NCBI GenBank assembly: GCA_001949185.1
Contig: BDGG01000004.1
Coordinates: 3,567,777-3,631,776 of the forward strand
Origin: Ramazzottius varieornatus
Lineage: Eukaryota; Animalia; Tardigrada
Direction: 5' to 3'
DNA: 64,000 bases
Below the pieces are notes generated by a model. It saw only the letters and a program-made list of their open reading frames with translations, did no database searches and was not told the DNA's origin. The position numbers and the translations under genes are program-made. Below, one piece after another: positions 52,101 to 64,000 of the stretch. Every line of letters begins with the position of its first letter. Position 1 is the first letter of the stretch.

Positions 52101-53748
52101 TGATGATGGCTCCGTACTGCCGAGCCCGTTGACTAAACGCGTCTGGAGGAAATTGCCGAATAGCTGGAAAAGGAAAAAAACAGGTCACGGAATACGAATC
52201 TTGATGGTTTGATTGGGTTTACCTACCTGGCACTGAGCAGTCGTTCTCCGTTGCGGCTTCTGGCCCACCTGTGGAGTGAGACGCATTCGCAACGGAAGTT
52301 ACATCATCGTCGTCATCATCAGTTGTGGTTAGCGGAGAAACTGTGGTTGTCTTTTTTGTCGTGGTGGTTCGGGTAGTAGAACGCCGAGTTCTAACAGTAG
52401 TTGCTTCTTCTTCGGGCTCCTCCTCTTCCTCGGTCTCTCCTTCTTTTTCAGGTTTCTCCGCGGCCTCCTCACCTTCTTCGTTCTCTTCGGACGGCACAGC
52501 TCCATCTCCGTCCTGTTCCTCGTTTTCCTCGGTCGGTTCTTCGGTAGTCTCTTCCTCCTCCTCGGCTTGACGTCGAATCCTGCGCAGCAGAACCGAAGAG
52601 TCTGGTTTGTCTGCAAGAGCAACTTCCCTCTGGAAGAACGATCTTCCTTCCTGAGCGATCGATTTGTGGGAAGAGTCACTCGCAGCCGTCGGATCAGCAG
52701 AAAATTTGGAAAGAAATGCGGGACCTACGACAGAACCTGGTGAGTAAATTCGCGAAAACAGAAGTCAGATGAGCTTGTGAACTGATGAAATGGATTACGG
52801 TATACTGTCCAGCAAAGTAATCAAGAAATGCCAAATTACTTTTGCAGTTAACCGCTCAATTTGAAACAAAAGGATCAGCATTATTCCTGCTCCTGGAGCA
52901 GGAACAAATGAAGAGTTTGGAGCAGAGTGTNNNNNNNNNNNNNNNNNNNNNNNNNNNNNNNNNNNNNNNNNNNNNNNNNNNNNNNNNNNNNNNNNNNNNN
53001 NNNNAGCACTGCTCCACACTCTGCATATGTACCGCTGGCACGAGCAAGAGTTCCTTGAATCGATGGAGCGGGATTTTATCTCGACGGTTCACTTTGCATT
53101 ATTTTACAAATTTATATTCGGTTTCTATTAGTATTCGCACACGTGTAATCTCTGGTTACTCGATACTATCTCTTATAACAATGGGCCCGGCATTGCTGCC
53201 AACCACACTTCGGAAACTCTTTAGTTGCCGAAGCAAAGACATCAAAGGCGAACGCTCAAGCGACCGATAAAAAAAATGGGTCCTCATTACCCCTCCACTT
53301 TTGATACTCCATTAACTTCTTCTCTCCAGAAGGCGGAGGACCTGCATCAGGCTGCATGCTACGTCTGGTGAAGACCATTTTATGGAGAGAAAATAATCTC
53401 TGGTGAACTGCGAGCTGCAGCCCCGCTCTTCATCAATATGGAAAATCTCAATGCTTGCGTGCCAACCCCCAGTTGACAGAACGACCCGGAAAAATTGCTC
53501 CATCGATCGGTATCCCGACAAATGGGATATGTTTGGCCAATCATCACTCACAAGCTGAACATACTATTGCAAACTTCATGTAAGCGAAACACGTGGAGAG
53601 AAACAATCGAGTGCTGCTCCAGTCAGGACATGCGAAGAAGACCTTACTTACGTAAACGCGAATCCGTGACCAATAGGAATATGGAAACGAAGATAGTCAC
53701 CCGGCAGACCTTCGCAAGTCGAGAGGGCGGCACAGTTCCAGCAGGCAT
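49175..53748 (-). CDS. K+-dependent Na+/Ca2+ exchanger, NCKX/SLC24 family (many exons including a 26-nt micro-exon near 51238-51264; start tentative)
   Basis: alpha-1 repeat LAIVCDDYF...[19 protein letters not shown]...[11 protein letters not shown] and alpha-2 repeat [16 protein letters not shown]...[23 protein letters not shown]. Hydrophobic leader exon at 53748-53652. Confidence 0.9.
52885..53049. repeat. Inverted repeat straddling the 74-N assembly gap (52931-53004)
   Basis: Reverse complement of the left arm (CTGCTCCAAACTCTTCATTTGT..GAGCAGGA) aligns with the right arm (CTGCTCCACACTCTGCATATGT..GAGCAAGA). Confidence 0.65.
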
Positions 53749-56097
53749 CCTCTATACAATATTATTTCCGTAGAAATTCAATACTTTTATTCACTGCAGA
53801 TAACAAAGCTAGTTTGGGAGTTGAGATCAGCGCAACGCGGTATGAAAGTACCGCGAACAGCGGTCGGGTGTTGAAGGATGGAAAGTAAAGATGCGCTGTA
53901 GCAAAAATAACACATTACACCGCAAAGTGAGGGTCTACAGCTCTTCTGGGATCTACACTTTGATTTCGGAGCAATCTACTACAACCTTTAAATAGGAGGA
54001 AACGGTTGAACAGGTCTCAAAAGAGAGAGTAGGCTGAATTATGCAGGGACCGCGCGACTTGATGGGGCAAAAGTCGAGATAAGTCCAGAATGACTTAGGT
54101 GTAATCCAGGGGCATGGGGGGTCCTCGGCTGTCAATTCTAATCACTGATTGCATAACAAGATATAGAATGTGGGAGAGTTCTTCAGTGTGCATCTGTGCT
54201 TACTCTAGAGAAGCCAGCGAAGCGTTGGTAAGTTTTAAACTGATGATGGTGCCGGGGACTCTCAGCTAAGGTGATGATCGTAAATATTCTACTTTCGCAG
54301 AGGAGAGGTTCATCATCGACGCCGACTAGGTGATAATTTTGGAGGGTAACGAAATCACGTCCCGCCGGAGCACCGTAAAACGAACATCGAGGAAATCAGG
54401 ATATCGGCATTGCTCTTCCAAGATACCGATGACGCAGTGGCGAGTTTGATAACAGTCATTTTGAGCTTAATACATATGTACGCGGTGATCTGAATGGAGT
54501 TCCTTGTCGCGGTCTCTGGCTACAGTGTGGTATTTGCTCTAAACGGCTCACGATAGACATCTCGCTCTCCCCAAATTCCCCTTGCATCAACCACTCTCCG
54601 ATAAGCCAAGAGAGCTCCCCACATCTCCGTGCCAGTCGATAACTTGAAGCCGAATGATTTTACAGCTTGCTCTTATTCAACCGAACCCTTGTATGTCACT
54701 TCATGCTTTCTCCCCAGTCCTACCAAGCTCAAAAACGGGAACAGCGGAGTGGGTCGGGGCGCTGTTTATTTTACACTAGACAAACTGACTGCCATCTTTA
54801 TAGATTCAGTACTACATGGGATCCATCCTGCGTACGGATGAAACGAGCCCTTGCTTCTGTCGCATGATCGGTTTTATTTGCATATCCTCGTCCATATACT
54901 AGGGCACACTGGAAAACGATCTTTTCTAGTCAACGCATTAAGGGTCGTTCGGAAAAACATTGAGCGTCTTAGTCTAATAGCCGGCCGTGTTTTGGCGGTG
55001 TCATAATGAAATTCAGAACAACCGCGAGGATCGAGCAGTGGCTGGTAGTCATAAAGTCAGAATCCGATGTTCATCTATAAGATCTAAGATATTTTCCATC
55101 CTCAATTATTCTCTATCCAAAAAAGAACAAAACAACAAGTTTACTTATTCAGCAAACTTCTCGGCGACCAACCCAGCTGGTTTGCCAACCAGATACTTCG
55201 CGCCGGCCGCGAACGACGACGCCATCTGCAGCGCATACCTTGTTAATTACGTCGAAGTGCTCTACTTCGAAATCGCAATGTCGCTACTCTCACATAGGTA
55301 AAACCACTGACTCACCCAGTTACTCCTTGTTGTGCCCGCAGGTAGACTCATCGTCCTCCGTATTTGCAGGTTGCTTTGTCAACAATCCGACGCTGTTGAC
55401 TGTTGGGCAGTGTCCGTTGTTGAACAGTTCCCCAGACTGGATACTCTGCGGAAAATCCGAGGAACCACTCGCGGCGGGATGGCCAAGGAGTGAACGTTCA
55501 TCGCGGGAGTTTTGACAGTCGACGGCTGCTCAGCCTCCACTCTAGAAGATCTTGTAGAGTTGTTTCTGGCTATCTGCAGTGTCTGTTTGCCCTGTTTGGG
55601 GCCACTAAACCGGATAACGACGACTCCTGACCTAACTGAGTAAGTTTACTAGGTGTGAGATAGCCTAATCTACGAAACTTACACGCAGACTGTCACTGAT
55701 CAGTTGACGATGCCTGACAGTAAGATCAACCGGAAGTCGCAAACAGGAACAGCGACATTCGTTGTTCCAGGTCTTTTTGCAGATGACTTGGACGCTCGAT
55801 AGGACTGATTTGAGTGTCCTTATGGTTTTTCCGGGCATCCGGAATCTGTTCTGCAAGTTAAGGCAGTTCCGACGCTCCCGCAAATAATGCGTCACATGCT
55901 GCCATAAAACAGTCCCTCTATATACGTGTTTACTCGTTACTTATAATAAAAAATAAGCCGTAAACATATCGGTTATGATGACATTTCGTAGCTTTGCAAC
56001 AAACTCTGCGGAGTGTCGAGACTGTAGAGGACATTTTGATCGCGCTGTACGATTTCCAAAATTTATAGTGGGTACTTTGTTGTAGGAAATGGGGATA

Positions 56098-57401
56098 ATG
56101 GGCTCAAGCAATTCTCGCTTGGACTTCGAATGGGTCTACGACGACGAGCCCCATGCCACTCGGCGGAAAGAAATGCTAAGTGAGTGCTTTTCTTACACGC
56201 GGAAAGGTTGTTCATGGACTTGAGGCTTATCGATGTTCAAATCCATAGTGAAATATCCAGAAATCAAGAAGCTGATGGGACCTGATTATCATCTGAAATA
56301 CCACGTTGCTGTTCTCGTTCTCATTCAGATAATCGCCTGCTGGATGATCCACCTCAGCCAGTGTTCCTGGCTCATGGTGATGTTGTTGGGTTACTGTTTC
56401 GGTGGCGTTATCAATCATTCGCTGACGTTAGCAGTTCACGAGACAGCTCACAACTTGGCTTTCGGTCATTCACGCTTGATGCTCAACCGAGCATTCGGCA
56501 TGTTTGCCAACCTGCCTATCGGCATTCCCATGAGTATCTCCTTCAAGAAGTACCACCTCGAGCATCATCGATATCAGGGAGATGAGATCCTCGACACGGA
56601 CATTCCCAGTGTGATGGAAGGGCGGATCTTCTGCAACACTTTAATGAAGATCGTCTGGGTTCTCCTGCAGCCGTTCTTCTACGCATTCCGCCCATTCTTT
56701 GTCAACCCAAAGCCGCCAACACGGCTGGAGCATATCAACCTCGCCGTGCAGCTAGCTTTTAACTTGACTATTTACTATTTCTGGGGTGTGAAACCGGTGG
56801 TGTATCTGGTAGGAGGTACCTTGATGGCGATGGGACTTCATCCTGTTGCTGGACATTTCATTTCGGAGCATTACATGTTCCTGAAGGGCCACGAAACCTA
56901 CTCGTACTATGGTCCACTGAACTACGTAACTTTCAATGTCGGTTATCACATGGAGCACCACGACTTTCCCTACATCGCAGGATCCAAGCTCGAGAAGGTA
57001 CGTATCTCTGTTGAAATAACTTTCGCGAAATTCGCCAACCGGAAGTTAACGAGGAAGTTTCGTTTCAGCTTCGCCACATCGCGCCAGAGTACTACAACCA
57101 CCTTCCTCATTACACTTCCTGGTCGAAGGTTATCTATGATTTCATAGTGGATCCGGACATTGGTCCGTATGCTCGTGTGAAGAGGAAGAACACCATCGGG
57201 ACTGGTGCGAACGGCGAACAGGTTACTCAGATCACCGATGGGGTTCCTAATCTTCCTTCCACTCACGCAAATATTCTTGCATCACCCAAGATACATTCCA
57301 ATGGAAAGGCCTCTGGACACACCGAAACCTGTCTGGGTGGAATAGCAGGAAGTGGTTCCAAGTTCTGCAGCAGTTTCGCGGGAGGTGACATCGTTTTCTG
57401 A
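56098..57401 (+). CDS. DEGS1: Sphingolipid delta-4 desaturase (exons 56098-56179, 56249-56997, 57069-57401; in-frame ATG also at 56089)
   Basis: [27 protein letters not shown], His boxes HETAH, HLEHH and HMEHH, plus [14 protein letters not shown] and ETYSYYGP. Confidence 0.96.
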
Positions 57402-58494
57402 GACAAAGGCAGCATGGGAACGTAATGATCTGTTGGTCGGATCTATTCTCTCGAAAATGACGAGCTAGGTTGGCTTTCGCTGGCTGGTATGAGTTTGAAG
57501 ATGTGCTTGTCTTCCGCTACGATATCGAGTTTCTCACGAAGTCAGTCATCTCATCAGCACGTTGGCTCAGGAACTCTGCAAAAGCCTTACTCTAAATTGT
57601 TTCTCTTCTTGCTTGGAAAGTTCCTTCACTTCCTTGTTGCGAATTTTTGCCTGGATTGATAAATAATTTATGAAAAACGTTTCTCTGTGACAATGAATTT
57701 CCGGTTGTGAACCTGTCTCTGAGTGTGGACGGATAAAACGCTCCGGTTTGTCAGGCAGTACAGTTCCCTTTGGGCGAGGTGACACTGTGACAGTTGGGTG
57801 ACGCTGTGCCAAGGTGGCGTTTAAAACTGGCGCATGACGTCATCCAAGAAACCTTGCGCCTGGCTGGTTTTATCACATCACAGATCAGTCCAACACGTGG
57901 CGAAAAGGCCAACTTCCTACATTCTCTAAGATCTGGAGCTTGATCGACTGCGTCTCTAGCAGGCGGAAAACGGTCCAAGACTTTCCCAACTTTCCGCAGA
58001 AGATTTTCTGGGATCTGAAATTCTGAATACAGAGTTCAAACTCCAAGCTGCCTTTTCGGAAGCGGCTGATTGCCCGATTGCGCTGAGGCCATCGAAAAAA
58101 TGAATTTCCCCGAAAACCATTCCTTGAGTGATTTCTTTTCAACTGACAACAATCATGGAATATGATACACAAAAAACGCCGCCAACAGTACAAATGAAGA
58201 GAAGCATCCAGAAGGATATGCGCAACCTCGACTTCATCAACGCTCCAGAAAAAACACTATTTCGACATGTTCGGCAAAATCAAATGAAATGCCATACACG
58301 CCAACTCAGCATCCCCAGAGTGCATCCTCCATCTGAAAAAAAATTCTGTCAGAAGGACTATTCACGATTGGAATACATCGATACCTTGAAACAGAAGAGA
58401 ATTTTCGGTGAAAACACGTACCTTCAAGCTCGCGGATCGCATCCAGACTTGCCACAGCATTCCCGACAAATGTGCTGCTCCGAACGTTGATGGC

Positions 58495-58572
58495 TTACTT
58501 CGATCGCTCTCGCATCTTCCTCCTCTTCCGCTTCAGACGTCGCATACGCTTCTTCTTCCATTTGTCCCTCAT
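58495..58572 (-). CDS. RPL41: Ribosomal protein L41 (eL41/eS32), 25 aa
   Basis: ATG...TAA translates to MRDKWKKKRMRRLKRKRRKMRERSK. A pyrimidine tract (CGCTTTCTTG) ~115 nt upstream is consistent with a TOP/TCT start. Confidence 0.95.
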   Translation of the reverse strand: MRDKWKKKRMRRLKRKRRKMRERSK

Positions 58573-59532
58573 CCTGAATCAAAGAGCTCGGAAAATTCTA
58601 CCGAAGACTTGAAAGTAACTGGACTAAGCTTTGCTTGTATCGCTGAAAGCCTGAAACTTGTTGGACAGTCGAAAACGATCAAGAAAGCGAACCGTTGATT
58701 CATCGATTGGTCCGCCGCCAGTGGACTGTATGGTTTGCGGTACAGAACGACGGTCCAATGCTTGACATGTACAGTCAGCGCTTTACACCATATCTGCGTC
58801 ATAAGGACAATATTCCAACTCGGGTTGCTCGGTATCCTGTACGCTACCTCGTTGAAACACTGCCACTGACGGCATGGAAATGTTAAGCGCACGACGGTTA
58901 TAAGCCGAACACTCAGGACTAGACGTCCCGGGTGCGACCGACTGTACGTGGATGTATGCGGGTAGCTTACAACTTGTATGATGACATCACGGTTGAACAA
59001 CTCGAAGTCAGTCTGGGAGATGGCAGCACTGCACGGGTCCCTTGTGACAGACCATGAAAGTGGTAGTCTAACTCTTTTTGTATTTCTCCTCTCTTCGATT
59101 TCTCCTCTCTTCGGTCAACGCGCTAAACCAGATAGGTCTCTAAGGGGTGCAAACGAGAGCATTCAGGCAGTCTGACAATCTGGCAGTCTGAGAAAAGTGG
59201 CTCTTATTGGAAAGATTGTACTTGCGGTCCCGCTGTTCAATGGTACATTGAAGAAAGTGGGAAAGAGGATTCCCTCAAGAACCAGCAAGTACCCTAGACA
59301 CAAAACGAAATGCGTACGATAAATTGAACAACGAACACACTCACAATTCAAATTTGAAAATCTAAAACAGTCGACATCGTTAGACCGGTCGTAAAAGAGA
59401 AAATAATGAGTATTCAATCTTTACACAACGTAACCACAATGTTCAACACCAGGAAATGTAATCCTTCTATTAGACAATGAGCTCTAGCTTTCATAACTAT
59501 ACACGATCCAAGACCCATGTCAAGGTCCCTCG

Positions 59533-62521
59533 TCAGCAGCGGCTCCCGTTCGACATTGATTCGCTCGATATAGAAGGAGCACGGCCACCTGCGGTTAGTA
59601 AAGCATCTGAGAACCCCGCACAACATGGCGCTTGCTTTAGGAGCACAGTACGCACACTAACAGTGGACGACTTTCTCTCGTTTACACCAAACGAATGTCT
59701 GTAAGCACCAACCTGAGCTGGACTTCGGGGTCCATATCCTAACAGTACCATCGTCAGACGCACTACAAAAAGAAACACCATTGTGATCGAATATCAGAAA
59801 GATTAGTCAAGAGTCAGACTGGACAAAAAAACATACTGTCTCTCGGCAAAGCTCAACTCAGGTGTCAGTTCAATATACCTCGCGATCATGGAAGGACAAG
59901 CAGGATTCCAATGCACACAATTGACAGTTCGTGTGTGACCAGGTAGTGTCATGACTGGTGTTTCCTTCTCCACGCTCCAGATATACACTTTATGATCTGT
60001 AAGATACCACGATGCAAAGAACGGATAACTCTTCAACGGGGCAGGCTCTTACGACCTAAGATACGCCCACGACGCGAACATACCTTCGCTTCCGCTGGCA
60101 ATGAATCGCTCATCGACCCCTCCAAAGCAGGAATGGATAGTGCAGTGTCCCTGGGTTAAGCCCTGAAACCTTCGAATCAGCACTCGGTCCTCGAGATCCC
60201 ACAGGTGCACGCCTTGGTGGGCGATGTTGAGCAGCGCCAGGCGACCAGACCGATCACAAGTGAAAGACATGATGGGATGGTCCTCTTTTATCCTGTACGA
60301 TGATGTCAATCTGTAGAAAATGGACTGCATGTGAGAGCCACCAGATTCCAGCCCGTCAACCATACATTAAACTGCCGAAGTTACTAAACCCATTCACTTA
60401 CGTTTGTCGGTCTGCAACATCGTCAAAGTCGTATGCGCGGATACGATTGTGAACATCAGCGGCTAATACTTTTCCATCATCGCGGAAGGCAAGACCTTGA
60501 ACTCGAACACCTTCCCAAGTGCTCAATAAGGCTCCCCCGATATCCTGTAATAAAAAAATATCGTATAAAATCAACGTCGATTCTTCAAAGAAGAGTTCCA
60601 TTCATATGGCACTCTTACACAGAGATAAAATTGTCCTTTGCTTCCACCGGTTACTAATTTCTTCCCATCTTTGTGCCATGCGATGGTTGTAAGTACGTCT
60701 TCGCTAAACTCTTTTAACTTTTGCACCGGCTCCGTACTGTTACTCTGTAATAAGACAGCATAGTATTATTAACAGTACCACGAAGACACCTTGACACAAG
60801 CTCAACCAAAATTTCGCAAGTAAATTTCGTATACTGCTTTATCCTGTACCTCGACATTCCATATCCACACTTCATCATTGGCGGGATCGTCCGGACCACA
60901 TGCGGCCAGGTGCCGATTATCGGAGCTCCAAGCGACACAGGACACGCCGTAGACCTGGCCATTCTCCCTCTCCATCTCCAGTACTTTACTGAATTTGACT
61001 TCGTACGTATTCTAGAACAGAAAGAACAGCAGTGAAGTTTGCTTTACGAAGAAGGCCAGAGTCAGTGACTTTAGCCAAGAATAAACTTACGAGATCCACA
61101 TCCCAGATTATGACAGAGCTATCCTTCGAGCTTGTCGCCAGTCGTTTCCCATTGGGTGAGAAGCGACAGAACCATACTTCATCACAGTGTTCACCAAGTA
61201 TTTGAGAGGTTTCACAGGGAAAGTTGTCTCTGTAAAAAAATGAACGAAAACTGATCGTCAGTCACTTTTATCGTTCAGAATCTACCATTTGTAATGTGAG
61301 AAATGGTATCACGCACGTACTTGTTGCAGACATGGTCCACCAGCAGAGTCATGCTGCTGCTGGTAGCCTCTCTCGGGAGATTGTGGCAAGGGCACCGCGC
61401 GACCTGTGAGCCGACTGCCTGATCCAGTAGGGTGGTCAGGCGACGCGGAGGAAGCATCACAGATGGGGGTAAAAACACTACGAACCAAACACGACACCGT
61501 TCATAATCGCGGTTCGACAGAGGGGCGAATCGGTCAAAACCACTGGGGATCAACGCAAGACAGGGCTTACTTTGTAACTGATCCATCAAAGCTTGCCTCG
61601 ACACTTTACCCTTTCCGCTCCATCCCGCCATGCGACACAGTTCCTTCTTTCCGTTCGTCATCAAGCACCTACAAAAACGGCCATGTACAGAATCCTGCTC
61701 TTCGTAACATAAGAACGCTTTGCGTACCGACTAAGCTCATGGACTCTCGGAATATTGTGATTCAATGGTGTGATGTCTTGTCGTAGCGTCTGCAAAGCTT
61801 CCAGTGGCTTGTTATCCTGCACAAGCTCCAGATACTTTTGCTCACGAAGGAGGAACTGCATCCTCTGAAGGCCACAACCGGACTGTAGGTATATCGGTCA
61901 AGATACGGAACCAGTTACTGCTCACCTTCAATGCTTCCGGTTGATTTACCATCAATACCAACTCATTCAAAGAAGCCTCAGCCTGACAAAACACAAAGAA
62001 TAACAATCAGGAAACGCTGGTGTGACTAAACACGACCCGCTGAAGGTTCATTCAGTAAAGATATACTTCATCCCAGCTGCCGCTCATCACGTTCTCTCTC
62101 AGCGTGGACGCGCAGTACTGTTCCATCTCACATCCCGATTCAGAAACCAGGGCTTGTACAGTTTTCCTACCAAACGAAAGGATGTATGCCTATAGCACAA
62201 CACAACTGGTCGAAAGAGTGTTGAAGCGTACGTCAGACCCAGGTTCTGAAGGTACTGTCCAAGTAACCGTAAAACCTCCTGGTCATGCGTGGAGTAGGTA
62301 CGGAAATCTGCCTTCTTAGCATGCCCATTAGTGCTACCATTGCTTGTGCTACTGTCGCTGTAGTCTCCTTTGGCGAAGTTGATCCGATCCGACCTTTGCT
62401 TCAGCCCGTGAACTCCACCATCTCCATTCTTTTCCTCGCCATTCTGTTCGGAACTTAACCTGCGCTCGTAGCTGTGTTCCAGCAAACTCTCTGCGACTTG
62501 GCTGCGACTTCTACCGTCCAT
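59533..62521 (-). CDS. WDR26: WD-repeat protein 26 / GID7 (CTLH complex; multi-exon)
   Basis: LisH ([15 protein letters not shown]), CTLH ([13 protein letters not shown]), [20 protein letters not shown]...[26 protein letters not shown]...[21 protein letters not shown] and [10 protein letters not shown] motifs. Confidence 0.95.
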
Positions 62522-64000
62522 ATCAACCGTGCGACCTGCGGAGAACAAAGGGTAGGAATGGTTCAAGAGGACGGAAGTGAATGTTCCTGCCTATGATTGA
62601 TTTATTACGGCAAGTCACCGTCATGTGTTTACAGCTTACCTTCTTGACGTAAACGCTTTCGAGATGGACCAGGTGTCCTCTCCCCTTCTTCAGAGCTCGG
62701 TCGAAGAATGTTGGAATCCAGGATGACAAGTCATAGAGAATGCAGTGGTTCCCGCTGCCAACATCAACAGGGACTGCATTTGGTAGGCAAAAACTCGCGA
62801 AATCTCCCAGGGGAAGTGAAACTGCTGCTTCTTTCCGTCTTCCGGTGTGAAACCTCCACAGGGCTTTCCTACGAGACAGGGCGAAGCATGCTGCTACACA
62901 TGTAAAGCTGAGCATCCGGGAAGACTGGGATCGGACGATTTTGAAACACCTGACTTTCATCCAAAACAATGCCAACTGCGGTTAAGTAGTACATCAATGC
63001 GGTTACGGAATTCATACTGCAAACTGATGCTCATAAAGAAAGGGAGGTCACCCCGAAGTGGATACCGTACCGCGAAACAAGAGTTCAACGGACTTACCTC
63101 TCGTCTCCTGATGTTGCCGTTCTTCCGACCTCGTCCAGTAAATGGCCTACTTGGATGGCTCTTCCCGTCCTCGAAGCTCAAAGTCCCGTGATGTTTGAGC
63201 CTCCTGAATCAGTTCACTCTCAAAACTGGTTCTTTGTGCGCGATCTGGACAAAAGACAAAAATTTTTTTAGAAACCATCGCTTTGCCAGCAGGGAAACCA
63301 ATGTCATAACAAGGGAAACGGTCAGTGCCAACCAATGACACAGAAGGAATACTGTCAGCGCCGGTCGGTTAGGTGATTTTGCTCCTTCCGCCGGACAGAC
63401 AACGTCAGAATCCCGGGCACAGTACGAGCGGTTGCCGGACAGGAGAGGGCGTACGACACAGGCCAGTCAGGCAGGCGTGGTTTTGATAGTCGTCTTATTT
63501 TAAGTTGTTGGCGTGTCGATCAGCTGTTTAGGCGAATCGTTAAATTCAACGCAGTCTTACATAAATCGCAGTTCGGAAAACAGCTGTTAGATGGCGCTTA
63601 TCGACTTCTTTGCGAGATGCTGCACATCGCGAACAGACAGGGAAGGGATAGTCGTCCAGCTATGAAGGAGTCCAGCGATCGGCCAGGTAAGTTGCGGCAT
63701 AGTTGCAGTGGATTGTTATGGTTCTTGCTGGTGGCGGAGTGGCGCTTGATAACCGCCGATTTCTCTTGTCTTTCAGGTGAAGCCTTACAACGCTAGGCCG
63801 AAGCTGTGGTGATGGCACGGGTGGGCAACCTGTCTACTTTCTAATGTGATCGCAACCAACGCTGATCTGAAATGGTTGGAGCCTGGAGTTGCTGCATCAG
63901 TACACAAGCGCCAACGGATCAGGGCCTTCCGGGCCGGACAGTTGGGCTCTGACGGATGACAAACGGCGATACGCTAGGATACCAGATACATCCGCATCTT

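Noticed and set aside
63662-64000. Possible start of a + strand gene (donor near 63687, acceptor near 63776, ATG near 63956 open to the window end)
   Set aside because: Too little sequence to identify a product.

Overview
Gene-dense animal (invertebrate) genomic DNA with short GT-AG introns (mostly 60-300 nt). The compactness suggests a small-genome invertebrate such as a tardigrade, but the species cannot be established from sequence alone. Spliced genes reconstructed by hand, in order: COA1(-) head-to-head with COX7C(+); a short 5-EGF Delta Notch ligand(+); MED16(-); a secreted Gly/Trp-only peptide(-); MOB2(-); an intron-containing tRNA-Ser(UGA)(+); a GT10 alpha-1,3-fucosyltransferase(+); eIF4G2/NAT1(-) with a probable non-AUG start and an intronic H/ACA snoRNA; a BAHD1-like BAH protein(+); SRP54(-); endosulfine(+); an NCKX/SLC24 exchanger(-); DEGS1(+); RPL41(-), which is missing from the ORF track; and WDR26(-). 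The most striking unexplained structure is a family of 11 diverged ~120-bp palindromic elements. All lie inside introns, and the GTGGCGC...GCGCCAC core spacing is exactly 29 nt in 10 of 11 copies. Three other palindromic elements are also present: two MITEs and an inverted repeat spanning the assembly gap.
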